Assembly: GCA_052279835.1 (NCBI GenBank) | Contig: CP181291.1 | Coordinates: 1,120,001-1,184,000 of the forward strand | Origin: Microcoleus sp. | Lineage (GTDB): Bacteria; Cyanobacteriota; Cyanobacteriia; Cyanobacteriales; Microcoleaceae | Direction: 5' to 3' | DNA: 64,000 bases | Shown here: piece after piece, positions 36,699 to 45,866 of the stretch | Layout: each line of letters starts with the position of its first letter | How positions within the stretch are numbered: the stretch's first letter is position 1 | Made by a program: the position numbers and the translations under genes | Notes under the pieces: model-generated | Database searches by the model: none | What the model was told of the DNA's origin: nothing | Seen by the model: only the letters and a program-made list of their open reading frames with translations

Positions 36699-36761
36699 CA
36701 TATCGCGGAGAAATTTGGTGGGCAAGTTGGCCCTATCCAAAGTCGGAAATTCAAAATCTAT

Positions 36762-38057
36762 TCAAATTCCCAAGCGCTGATACACTAAATCTAAATGCCT
36801 CAATTGATACTGCGGATCGAAACAATCATCAATTTCTTTGCTAGTCATCTTAGCAGTAACCCGCTCGTCCTTAGCAATCAAATTGTAGAAATTGCCACCC
36901 GGTTTGTTCCAAACTTCGTGAGCGCAAGATTGCACAATTTTGTAGGCTTCTTCGCGACTCGTGCCTTTTTCTACTAAAGCTAACATGACGCGCTGACTAA
37001 AGATAACTCCGCCGTAAACATTCATGTTTTGCTTCATGTTTTCGGGATAGACTAGCAGGTTTTTCACTAAGTCTGTGGTTTCCACTAACATGAAGTGGGT
37101 GACAGTGGAACTGTCTGGCAAAATCATCCGTTCTACGGAACTGTGAGAAATGTCTCTTTCGTGCCAAAGCGCCACGTTTTCTAAGGCTGCGACGGCGTTG
37201 GCGCGGACAATTCTTGCCATTCCTGTGAGTCTTTCGGATCGAATCGGGTTGCGTTTGTGGGGCATGGCGGAGGAGCCTTTTTGCCCTTTGGAAAAGAATT
37301 CTTCGACTTCGAGCACGTCGGTGCGTTGCAGGTTGCGAATTTCGACTGCAAAACGTTCGATCGATGCTGCTAACAGTGCTAAGGTTTGGACGTATTCGGC
37401 GTGTCGATCGCGCGAAATGACTTGAGTCGATGCACAATCGGGTTCGAGTCCGAGGTTTTGACAGGCGATCGCTTCTATTCGCGGGTCTATATTAGCATAA
37501 GTGCCGACTGCGCCGGAGATTTTGCCGACTGCAATGGACGATCGCAAATTCACCAATCGAGCGCGGTTGCGAAACACTTCGGCCAACCATCCTGCTAGTT
37601 TAAAGCCAAAGGTGATGGGTTCGGCGTGAATTCCGTGCGATCGGCCAACCATCACAGTATTGCGGTGTTGTTGGGCCTGATAGCGAATAGCTTGGCTCAA
37701 ATCTTCGACACGTTCTAACAAGATATTAACGCTGGCGACTAATTGTAATGCCAAAGCGGTATCGAGCACGTCGGAACTGGTTAAGCCGAGGTGAATGTAG
37801 CGGCCGGCATCGCCTACATATTCGTTGACATTTGTCAAGAAGGCGATCATGTCGTGGCGGACTTCCGCCTCAATTTCCAGGACACGTTTGGGGTCAAAAT
37901 TAGCCTTAGCTTTAATTTCTGCGACTGCGGCGGCGGGGATGTAGCCGAGTTCGGCTTGAGCTTCGCAGACAGCAATTTCTACTTGTAGCCAGCTTTTGAG
38001 CTTGGCGGTTTCAGTCCAGATGTTGCCCATTTCGGGCAGAGTGTAGCGGTCAATCAC
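36762..38057 (-). CDS. purB: Adenylosuccinate lyase (likely GTG start at 38057, MIDRYTLPEM)
   Basis: RHDMIAF, HLGLTSSD, GRSHGIHAEP, GSSAMPHKRNP. Confidence 0.97.
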   Translation of the reverse strand: MIDRYTLPEMGNIWTETAKLKSWLQVEIAVCEAQAELGYIPAAAVAEIKAKANFDPKRVLEIEAEVRHDMIAFLTNVNEYVGDAGRYIHLGLTSSDVLDTALALQLVASVNILLERVEDLSQAIRYQAQQHRNTVMVGRSHGIHAEPITFGFKLAGWLAEVFRNRARLVNLRSSIAVGKISGAVGTYANIDPRIEAIACQNLGLEPDCASTQVISRDRHAEYVQTLALLAASIERFAVEIRNLQRTDVLEVEEFFSKGQKGSSAMPHKRNPIRSERLTGMARIVRANAVAALENVALWHERDISHSSVERMILPDSSTVTHFMLVETTDLVKNLLVYPENMKQNMNVYGGVIFSQRVMLALVEKGTSREEAYKIVQSCAHEVWNKPGGNFYNLIAKDERVTAKMTSKEIDDCFDPQYQLRHLDLVYQRLGI

Positions 38058-38102
38058 GGTGGTCGTTAGGGAATTCGGTCTCACCATTGTACATCTGCGA
38101 GG
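38019..38102 (-). repeat. purB 5' end plus promoter region, copy 1 (native)
   Basis: gatgtt..ccatttcgggcagagtgtagcg...attgtacatctgcgagg; TACAAT -10 candidate on the minus strand at 38086-38091. Confidence 0.9.
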
Positions 38103-38196
38103 GGTGCAAGAGCCAAGGAGTCGAGAAACCGGCTTTAATATAGATTGAGGGTGGCACGATGTATTTTAAGTGGTTGGGCTGCGGTATTTCCGATTT

Positions 38197-39117
38197 ATGA
38201 CCGATGAATTTCCGATCTTTGTGGTGACGCAGGACGCTTATGAAGCTTCCTCGAATGAAACGTTAGGAAGCAAATACAAGTTTTGGTTCGATCGAGAACA
38301 ACTCAGTCGCTATCTTTACAAACAAAACCGACACAATCTGGGAGAAGATTGGGCGGAAAAAGTTGCATCGGAATTATGCGAACTCTTGGGACTTCCCCAT
38401 GCTATTTACGAATTGGCTTCAACTTGGGAAGGCGATCGCGGCATCGTCTCTCTCAACTTTGTACCACAAGGAGGAATACTCGTTCACGGGAACGAGCTTC
38501 TTTCCTCAATTGTGCGGAATTATCCGACATTTGGAACCTATGGCATCTCGCAACATACAATAGATGTAGTGTTGAGGGTCATTGAAGACGAGTCTGTCAA
38601 TTTACCAATTGGTTGGACACCGCCTTCTGGTATCCAAAGAGCAGTCGATGTGTTTGTTGGCTATCTTCTGCTCGATGCGTGGATCGGAAACGGCGATCGC
38701 CACCATGAAAACTGGGCGGTTATCCGAATGAAAACAGCATCGACTTCAGAAGGAAAAAAATATCTAGCACCGACTTACGACCATGCCTCAAGTTTGGGAC
38801 GCGACCTCTCGGACTCTCAAAGACAGAAACGTTCGGCCCAAGCTTATGCAAACAAATGTTTTTCGGCGTTTTATAGTAGTGTTGAAGATCGAAAGACGCT
38901 TAAAACTTTTGATACGTTCTCCCTTGTGGCTCATCGCTATCCCGAAGCTGCTCGCCTATGGTTGGTGCAGCTTGAAAATATTTCACCAGCCGATATTTTA
39001 AATATTTTTAATCGCATCAATTCATCGCGCATCTCCCCCGAAGCTAGCAATTTTGCTCTGGCGATTCTTGAAATCAACAAACATCGGTTACTTACTTTGA
39101 GAGAAGCACTACTTTGA
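38197..39117 (+). CDS. HipA/CtkA-like kinase (ATG 38197; ORF open from 38170)
   Basis: LGSKYK, YLYK, GEDWAEK, LDAWIGNGDRHHENW, LAPTYDHASSL. Confidence 0.88.
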   Translation: MTDEFPIFVVTQDAYEASSNETLGSKYKFWFDREQLSRYLYKQNRHNLGEDWAEKVASELCELLGLPHAIYELASTWEGDRGIVSLNFVPQGGILVHGNELLSSIVRNYPTFGTYGISQHTIDVVLRVIEDESVNLPIGWTPPSGIQRAVDVFVGYLLLDAWIGNGDRHHENWAVIRMKTASTSEGKKYLAPTYDHASSLGRDLSDSQRQKRSAQAYANKCFSAFYSSVEDRKTLKTFDTFSLVAHRYPEAARLWLVQLENISPADILNIFNRINSSRISPEASNFALAILEINKHRLLTLREALL

Positions 39118-39878
39118 AAACACCAAAAACGCTATTCTTAGCTTGGAAAGACCCCATCAGTCCTAATTGGTTTACGATCGGTCGATTAACCTTTGATAAG
39201 AATATCTATCAATTTGTTTATACCCAAGGTGTAAAAGAAGCCGAAGAGAAATGTGCTTTTACACCGTTGCTTTCGTTTCCACGCTTAAATGAGGTTTATA
39301 CGTCAACTTATTTATTTCCCGTATTTGCGAATCGGGTTATGTCGCGATCGCGTCCCGATTATTCCAGTTTTATCGAACAGCTCGACCTCCTCCACGATGA
39401 CCCTAGCCCAATGGCAATTTTAGCTCGCAGTGGTGGGGAACGAGTCACAGATACGTTTGCCGTTTTTCCCGATCCGGAAGTTGACGAAGAAGGACGGTAC
39501 AATCTTTACTTTTTTTCGCAGGGTTTGCGACATTTGCCCAGAAGTGCGATCGATCGGATTAATCAGTTTGAGCCTGGGGAAAAGTTATGGTTAGCTCGCG
39601 AATTTCAAAATCCTTACGACGATCGGGTTCTAATTTCAAACACTAGCGATCGCTCCATTGTCGGCTATTTTCCGCGATATTTGCTAGCAGAAGTTTTTGA
39701 GTTGCTGCGACAAAATTCTAACTTAGAAGTGCGGGTAGAGCGTGTCAATAAACCTCCTACTCCACTCCAGTTTCGCCTGTTATGTAAAATGAGTGTCCAT
39801 TGTAGAGATGATTTTCGTCTCTTCTCCAGTTGTCAATATCAACCCATGATTGTAGAGATGGCGGTGAAATCTGCATAA
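39114..39878 (+). CDS. HipS-like N-terminus plus HIRAN domain protein
   Basis: LFLAWKD..IGRL..YQFVY, LFPVFANR, then GLRH, LAREFQNPYD, VGYFPRYL; overlaps the kinase stop. Confidence 0.82.
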   Translation: MKTPKTLFLAWKDPISPNWFTIGRLTFDKNIYQFVYTQGVKEAEEKCAFTPLLSFPRLNEVYTSTYLFPVFANRVMSRSRPDYSSFIEQLDLLHDDPSPMAILARSGGERVTDTFAVFPDPEVDEEGRYNLYFFSQGLRHLPRSAIDRINQFEPGEKLWLAREFQNPYDDRVLISNTSDRSIVGYFPRYLLAEVFELLRQNSNLEVRVERVNKPPTPLQFRLLCKMSVHCRDDFRLFSSCQYQPMIVEMAVKSA

Positions 39879-40012
39879 AGTTATTAATACCAAGGATTAT
39901 CAGCCACTTTGTTAGAGCATCGCAGATTCGGTAAAAACCCGGTTTCTGATTCTGAATGCGATATTCTTTACCGATCGCCGATTATAAGTTAAAGCCTATT
40001 CAACCGATCGCT

Positions 40013-40399
40013 CTACCACAATCTTTGTACTGGGTAGCTGTCGAATACAGCATCAATACTTAAAATAGGCATTTGTGTCACAACGGCTTGAGCAATTAAG
40101 AGTCTATCAAATGGATCGCGATGAGGATTTGGCAATGTGTCTAATGCAAAAATATGAGCTAGCTCGATCGGCAAAATTTGCAATCCATTGACTTGCTGCT
40201 GGCGTTCTATCAATTCAGTTAAGGACACGTTCAGTGTTAACTTCCCAAGCTGAAGCTTAATTTGCATTTCCCAAATACTAACCAAGCTCGTAAATAAAGT
40301 ATGAGTTGGATCGGTGATAATATTCGTCGCTTGTTGCGATAAGTTTTGGGGAGAAATAGCTAGCCAAATCAAGACGTGCGTATCCAGCAAAATATTCAT
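40013..40399 (-). CDS. vapC: VapC family PIN toxin
   Basis: LLDTH, SIWE..IK, HRDPFDRLLIAQA. Confidence 0.93.
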   Translation of the reverse strand: MNILLDTHVLIWLAISPQNLSQQATNIITDPTHTLFTSLVSIWEMQIKLQLGKLTLNVSLTELIERQQQVNGLQILPIELAHIFALDTLPNPHRDPFDRLLIAQAVVTQMPILSIDAVFDSYPVQRLW

Positions 40400-40656
40400 G
40401 CTTCACCCAACCAAAACGCATCAGGAAGTGGCTGGTTAAAATCCTCACTCATCCAGCCCATCCCTTGATGCAGACCCAAAACTCGTTGTTGCGGAGGAGG
40501 GGGTGCAGCTTCAACTGAAGTGTTTTCGGGGATCGATCGCATCTGTCGTTCCAGCAAAAACTCTGCAAAAGTTAACAGAAGCTGCTGATTTTCCGGGAGT
40601 AAGTGTTGTAACTTGCCTAGCAAATCTTCCAAAAGTTCGATCGTTTGAGAAGTCAT
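40396..40656 (-). CDS. DUF2281-type antitoxin (likely start MTSQTIEL)
   Basis: C-terminus GLHQGMGWMSEDFNQPLPD; ATGA overlap with vapC. Confidence 0.85.
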   Translation of the reverse strand: MTSQTIELLEDLLGKLQHLLPENQQLLLTFAEFLLERQMRSIPENTSVEAAPPPPQQRVLGLHQGMGWMSEDFNQPLPDAFWLGEA

Positions 40657-40740
40657 CTTGTTCCCCTCAATGTTGGCGATAGTCTCATTATCCGTTATTT
40701 TTTGGCGATCGATGCTCATCTTGAAACAAAAGCACCATTG

Positions 40741-40804
40741 ATTTCAACACTTGCTACTGGCCGAAAACCAGCTTGCAATAAACCTTTTTCTAGTTTTTTA
40801 CTGC
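40741..40804 (-). pseudogene. Deleted remnant of the cytosine methylase (leader plus 45 bp of internal sequence)
   Basis: 40741-40786 matches 43526-43571; 40786-40804 matches 43791-43809. Confidence 0.85.
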
Positions 40805-40813
40805 TTTTTATCT

Positions 40814-40897
40814 GATGTTATCCATTTCAGGCAGAGTGTAGCGCCCTATCGCGGTGGTCGTTGGGGAGTGCGATCGTCCTATTGTACATCTGCGAGG
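40814..40897 (-). repeat. purB 5' end plus promoter region, copy 2
   Basis: Ungapped 84-bp alignment to 38019-38102; purB GTG changed to GCG. Confidence 0.9.
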
Positions 40898-41294
40898 CAT
40901 CGGTCTTGAGTTGGGATGGGGAACTTGAATGGTTATTTACCCAAAGCTGTGCTTGGTAAAGGCGATGACTCTATTTTTCTATAGAATAATATATGACACC
41001 AAATTGGTGCAAAAAAAACACCTAAAAACATAAAATCAGGTATATAATAGGTGTATTTAGTTCTCAGACAAACACAAAACACATGAAAATTAACACACAG
41101 CGATTCAAGAAGGCACAAGCCCCCCCGCCCCCCAAATGTCAAGCGCACTTCACCGCTACCCACCGCTACCAGTAGTGTGCAAACCAAACTATTTTTTGCG
41201 TAAGTGCTTTGTAAGGCTTGGTGAGCAAGCTCTTTGTAAGTGAAGTAGTATGGCTGCTTCACACGGATGCAATAACTAATCAAATACGACTGCA

Positions 41295-41543
41295 ATGAAA
41301 AAACAACAATTTCAAAATACACAAGCCCCCCGTCCCCCAGATGTTAAGCGGATGTCCGTCAGTTTATCTGCGGATGCTGCTGAACTATTGGAATGGCTTG
41401 CTACAACCCAAGGGATAACTCAGATTGAAGCGCTTCGGAAAGCTATTGCAACTGAAGCTTACCTTCACAAAGAGATCAAACAAGGGTCTAAAGTTTTACT
41501 TCTAAATTCTGACAAAGAAGTGCGAGAAGTAATATTTAGATAA
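41295..41543 (+). CDS. CopG/ribbon-helix-helix DNA-binding protein
   Basis: KRMSVSLSADAAELLEWLATTQGITQIEALRKAI. Confidence 0.8.
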   Translation: MKKQQFQNTQAPRPPDVKRMSVSLSADAAELLEWLATTQGITQIEALRKAIATEAYLHKEIKQGSKVLLLNSDKEVREVIFR

Positions 41544-41591
41544 TGCAAGCTGCGGGGGTATAAACAAGTAATTAATTCTTGAAAAACCCTC

Positions 41592-41966
41592 ATGCACACA
41601 AAAGACTACCATCCCCACAACTATAGCAATATCCAGTCTCAGGATAACGATATTCTTGAGCAAATCGTTTTGACTGGTGAACTGGATATTGACAACTACA
41701 TGAGTAGCGTTTATCCTAGCAAGGAAGTCTGCCAAAATGTAGAAGCTTGGGTTGGTAAAAATAGAGAGCGAACGCGCTCAAAAATTGCTAATCGTTTGCT
41801 CACAATGTTTGCTACGTAGCTGGTTACAACTTTTGTTTTAGTAGGGGTAAGCTCGTTAATGCCAAATTCCGATCGAGGGTTGCTCAAGGATTTAATTCCC
41901 CTAATTATTACTCCCCAAGTAGGTTTGCTGGGAGTTACCATAGGGTTTTACTTCGATAAGGATTGA
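41592..41966 (+). pseudogene. Two-TM membrane protein with premature TAG (41817-41819)
   Basis: Frame continues LVTTFVLVGVSSLMPNSDRGLLKDLIPLIITPQVGLLGVTIGFYFDKD* after the stop. Confidence 0.7.
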
Positions 41967-42051
41967 TATAACAATTAAACTTGGCTCAAGAGTGCGATCG
42001 CGTCATTCCCTTTGGTGCGATCGTCTGTCCGCTCTATTGTGTTGAAGGAGA

Positions 42052-42158
42052 TATAGCCTTTCTCTAAAAAGTGAGGTGCCCATTTCGCCAAGAAAAGCTT
42101 GATAATGTAAGGGTTGCAGCATACCTTGGCATACCTCATCTTTCTGAGAAACGCTATA
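42052..42158. mobile_element. MITE with IS630-type termini
   Basis: Right end reads TATAGCGTTTCTCAGAAAGATGAGG on the minus strand versus IS630 TATAGCCTTTCTCAGATAGATGAGG; left end TATAGCCTTTTCTC; TA at both ends. Confidence 0.75.
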
Positions 42159-42207
42159 AACGATTACAGATTGCGTAAAGTTATTCAATCTCTGCCACCA
42201 TTCACTT

Positions 42208-42429
42208 ATGCCTAAAAAGATTAGAGAATTGAAAAGCCTCTTACTAAAAGCAGGATTCATTTGTCAGCCAGCAAAAGGCAGTCATAGTAAGTGGAAGCAT
42301 CCCAAATTAGCCAAGGTAATTATCATAGCTGGTAAAGACGGAAATGATGCTAAACTATATTTAGAGAAGTCAGTCAACGAAACACTTGAGGCGCTAAGGC
42401 AAATCGAAGCAGAGGAGACAGAACAATGA
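42208..42429 (+). CDS. hicA: HicA family toxin
   Basis: LLKAGF...KGSH..WKHP. Confidence 0.92.
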   Translation: MPKKIRELKSLLLKAGFICQPAKGSHSKWKHPKLAKVIIIAGKDGNDAKLYLEKSVNETLEALRQIEAEETEQ

Positions 42430-42650
42430 AATATACAGTTGTTATCCAATGGTCAGAAGAAGATCGATGCTTTGTCGTATTTTTGCCTGAATTTGAAGAT
42501 GTAATGCAGCCGGTAACTCACGGAGATTCTTATGAAGAAGCTATCTACAATGCGCGAGAGGTACTAGAGTTACTAATCGAGAGTTGTCAGGCTGAAGGTA
42601 AACCATTGCCAGCAACTAAGAAGCTAGAACGATTATTTCATGCTGCATAA
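42426..42650 (+). CDS. hicB: HicB family antitoxin
   Basis: YTVVIQWSEED..FVVFLPEF..THGDSYEEA..GKPLP. Confidence 0.92.
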   Translation: MKYTVVIQWSEEDRCFVVFLPEFEDVMQPVTHGDSYEEAIYNAREVLELLIESCQAEGKPLPATKKLERLFHAA

Positions 42651-43791
42651 ATTTGTTCAAAGCAATATCAGTCAAATATGGAATAAGTGCAAAACCGATA
42701 CACTCTGCTAAACGGGGCGGTACGGCATTGCCAATTTGCCACATTGCCTTTTTCATCGAACCTGCAAAAATAAATGAATCCGGGAAAGTTTGCAGTCTAG
42801 CCATTTCACGAGCTGAAATAACACGATTAAGATGAGGATGAATATGAGTGCCGCCATGATTTTCTTTAACAGTCATACTCGGTTTTCCCGGATACTGTCG
42901 CTTGAAAGCATCTGCGTAGCTTTCATACAAAGAACCACCAGGTGGAACTTTAGCAAGTCTTTCCATGTACTCAACAGAATGACGAGTCCATTCGTGGTTA
43001 ATTTCTGGTATGGGAGTATACTCTGGTAGATCGTAAATTGCTGACTCGATTGCTTTGTATTGTTCGGGCAACAATTGCGACTTGGGATAGGGATTTGGCA
43101 TCCCGAATCTATTGGCAATAAAAATCGCTCGCGGGCGGATTTGCGGGACTCCATAGGTTGCTGATTCCAGCACAGCAACGGACATATTGGGATAGCCAAT
43201 TTCCTCAAAAGCATCGCAAATCGCTTGCTTAACAGCTCCTTTTTGCATAGTCAATATTCCTGGTACGTTTTCCATGACAACATACCAAGGACGTATTTCA
43301 GAGACAACGCGGACAAACTCTCTAAATAGGCGGTTTCGAGGGTCGTTCGGGTCGCGTTTTCCTGCCACCGAGAAGCCTTGACACGGCGGCCCGCCTACAA
43401 CAACATGAACTTCGGGCGAACCAATTTCAGCGAGCAATTTTTGGGGATTTAAGTTTTTTATATCGTCACACAAGTGATGGCAATCAGGAAAGTTTTTTGT
43501 ATGAGTTGCCGAGGCGATGGGATTAATTTCAACGCTTGCTACTGGTCGAAAACCTGCTTGCAATAAACCTTGTGTCATGCCGCCCGCACCGCAGAAAAGA
43601 TCGACAAATGTATAGTCGGATTTTGGCAGTGACTGAGATTCAATATCAATGAATATCTTGTAGGGGTCGCAGTCATTTGCTTCTAGTTCCCGTTGGATGC
43701 GTTCGTAACGCCCTAATTTTGCTTTTTTCTGCTTTTTGGCAGGAATTAATTCTGACTCGTTTGAGAACAAAGACAGTTGTATTGCTTCCAT
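42616..43791 (-). CDS. DNA (cytosine-5) methyltransferase, resembles M.NspI (RCATGY) by recall
   Basis: DLFCGAGG, GGPPCQGFS, MENVPG, PQIRPR, GNAVPP motifs. Confidence 0.93.
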   Translation of the reverse strand: MEAIQLSLFSNESELIPAKKQKKAKLGRYERIQRELEANDCDPYKIFIDIESQSLPKSDYTFVDLFCGAGGMTQGLLQAGFRPVASVEINPIASATHTKNFPDCHHLCDDIKNLNPQKLLAEIGSPEVHVVVGGPPCQGFSVAGKRDPNDPRNRLFREFVRVVSEIRPWYVVMENVPGILTMQKGAVKQAICDAFEEIGYPNMSVAVLESATYGVPQIRPRAIFIANRFGMPNPYPKSQLLPEQYKAIESAIYDLPEYTPIPEINHEWTRHSVEYMERLAKVPPGGSLYESYADAFKRQYPGKPSMTVKENHGGTHIHPHLNRVISAREMARLQTFPDSFIFAGSMKKAMWQIGNAVPPRLAECIGFALIPYLTDIALNKFMQHEIIVLAS

Positions 43792-43818
43792 TTTCTAGTT
43801 TTTTACTGCATTTTATCT

Positions 43819-43898
43819 GATGTTGACCATTTCGGGCAGAGTGTCGGGTTCGCGCTTGGAGTTGGGGAGTGCGATCGTCCTATTGTACATCTGTGGGG
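43819..43898 (-). repeat. purB 5' end plus promoter region, copy 3, directly upstream of the methylase
   Basis: gatgttgaccatttcgggcagagtgt...attgtacatctg; about 4-bp deletion versus copy 1. Confidence 0.88.
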
Positions 43899-43912
43899 GA
43901 TGCGAGAGTCAT

Positions 43913-43998
43913 AGGACTTAGACATGGGGCCCAGAAACCGGGTTTTTTACGAAAATACTTTGTTGTAGCCCGCAGATTTGGTAAAAACCCGGTTTCTC
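43913..43998. repeat. AGAAACCGGGTTTT...AAAAACCCGGTTTCT palindromic repeat
   Basis: Inverted arms; related partial copies near 33355-33430, 38123 and 39921-39947. Confidence 0.75.
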
Positions 43999-44068
43999 AA
44001 ATCAACTCGGTTTTTGTAGTTTGGGCGATCGGCTACAATATCGTAAACCCCGTTAGCTGGCATCACTC

Positions 44069-44275
44069 ATGCCTAAAAAAATCAGAGAATTGAAAAGCCT
44101 ATTACTAAAAGCAGGCTTTACTTACAGACAGGGAAAGGGCAGTCACACTGTATGGGAACACCCTTTATTACCTGAAAAAATTACACTATCAGGTAATGAT
44201 GGTGATGATGCGCCAAATTATCACGAAAAAAGAGTAATTTCTGATTTACAGAAGCTGAAGGAGATAGAAGAATGA
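44069..44275 (+). CDS. hicA: HicA family toxin (second)
   Basis: First 17 residues identical to the 42208 copy; GKGSH..WEHP. Confidence 0.92.
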   Translation: MPKKIRELKSLLLKAGFTYRQGKGSHTVWEHPLLPEKITLSGNDGDDAPNYHEKRVISDLQKLKEIEE

Positions 44276-44502
44276 ATAGCCATTATAGTCTAATCATCGA
44301 GTGGTCAGAAGAAGATCAACTTTTTGTGGTCAGCTTACCTGAGTTTACCGATGTCATGCAGCCTTGCACTCACGGACACACTTACGAAGAAGCGGCAAAA
44401 CACGGACAAGAATTATTAGAAACATTGATTGAACTCTATCAAGAAGATGGCAAACCTCTACCAGAACCTCAGACATTGGGGAAACGATTACAGATTGCGT
44501 AA
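44272..44502 (+). CDS. hicB: HicB family antitoxin (second)
   Basis: YSLIIEWSEED..LPEF..THGHTYEEA..GKPLPEP. Confidence 0.92.
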   Translation: MNSHYSLIIEWSEEDQLFVVSLPEFTDVMQPCTHGHTYEEAAKHGQELLETLIELYQEDGKPLPEPQTLGKRLQIA

Positions 44503-44552
44503 AACCAAATAATTGAGGTGCTGAGGCCAATCCAAGCAGAGGAGACAGAACC

Positions 44553-44777
44553 ATGAAATATACAGTTATGATCCAATGGTCAGAATAGGATCGGTGCTTT
44601 GTCGTATTTTTGCCTGAATTTGAAGATGTAATGCAGCCCGTAACTCACGGAGATTCCTATGAAGAAGCTATCTACAATGCACAAGAGGTACTGGAGTTAC
44701 TAATCGAAAGCTGTCAAGCGGAAGGTAAACCATTACCAGCAACTAAGAAGCTAGAACGATTATTTGAGGCTGCATAA
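44553..44777 (+). pseudogene. hicB: Duplicate of hicB (42426-42650) with TAG at codon 12, preceded by a hicA 3' remnant
   Basis: Same 225-bp length and near-identical sequence; TAG at 44586-44588. Confidence 0.88.
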
Positions 44778-44832
44778 ATTTGTTCAAATCCATATCATTA
44801 TACCCAAAAAGTAGGCGATTTGGATATTCTCA

Positions 44833-45699
44833 TCAAACTTCCGAAAGTCTCACCTTATTACCAATTAACTTGAGAAAACTCGACCCAAAGTGTTGAATCT
44901 CCAAAAAATTTGCATAGGCAGAAACTGGCTTGTAAACTCTAAAAGTTCGCATAATCCCTAAAGTAGCCGCACTTTCCAAGGGACCCACAAAGCTAGTATC
45001 TCTATCCAAAAAATGAGACTGTTTAGCCCAGTAAGCCATCTGTTCTGCATTCAAAAAATAGCACCCTGAATGAGGATTTAAAGCCCGCTCAAAAGCAATC
45101 TTTTGTTCCATTATTTTGCCAAATAACTGCCGTTGTTCCTCAATATTTTGAAAATTAGCCGTAGCAGAATGTGTTAAATCGCCATCGATATAGGCTTTAA
45201 AAACGGGGGCTTGAGGTGATACTTCGTAACGGTTTGGTTGTAACAAGTTTCCATTGCCACCGTGATGTCTAAACCAGTTTAATTTGTTGAAAAACCACGG
45301 ATCATGTAAAATCAAGTCATCTTCCAAGTAACAGAAATAATCATATTTGTCAAGACAAGCTCGTAAAACTGCTTGACACTCAAACCCCAACAGCAGCGGT
45401 TCGCATTTGGTAGCATGGTGCATAAAAGATTTTGGCTGCACCGGCAATTGAGACAACAGATGATAGCCTTGGGTTGTGCAAATCACAATGTCAATTTCGT
45501 GATTCTGATCTTGATTGGCTGGGATAGTTGCACATTCGCCAATGTGAATCATGCACTGAGATTTGCCGTACAAAGCTTGCAGCGATGCAACGGCAGCGGT
45601 TAAAGCATTGAGTCGCGGTTGCGGATCGTTTCTTTGGGAAGCGTGTTTGCCGTCGCCACTGGGATTGTAAAAGTGAGCAATAGTGAATAGAATTCGCAT
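44833..45699 (-). CDS. Hypothetical protein, possibly glycosyltransferase-like
   Basis: 288 aa ORF with YFCYLEDD acidic motif, next to GT genes. Confidence 0.6.
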   Translation of the reverse strand: MRILFTIAHFYNPSGDGKHASQRNDPQPRLNALTAAVASLQALYGKSQCMIHIGECATIPANQDQNHEIDIVICTTQGYHLLSQLPVQPKSFMHHATKCEPLLLGFECQAVLRACLDKYDYFCYLEDDLILHDPWFFNKLNWFRHHGGNGNLLQPNRYEVSPQAPVFKAYIDGDLTHSATANFQNIEEQRQLFGKIMEQKIAFERALNPHSGCYFLNAEQMAYWAKQSHFLDRDTSFVGPLESAATLGIMRTFRVYKPVSAYANFLEIQHFGSSFLKLIGNKVRLSEV

Positions 45700-45866
45700 T
45701 GGTGTGAATTAATAATTAAACATTAAACAATAAAACATTAATGGCGGTATTTTAGTCCGCCCAGGGGGACTTTGTAGGTTTAGCCGCGAATTATATTCGG
45801 CTGGGCTGAATTGGAGGGGATTTTTCCCAATATTTTTTGCATAAATCTTCATCAATTTTACTACAT

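Noticed and set aside
35396..44588. Three in-frame TAG codons (35396, 41817, 44586) suggesting recoding
   Set aside because: They replace different residues (probably Leu at 35396, Glu at 44586), and TAG is a normal stop elsewhere in the window. Pseudogenisation is simpler
38100..44800. Prophage or classical integrative island
   Set aside because: No integrase, phage structural or conjugation genes in the window
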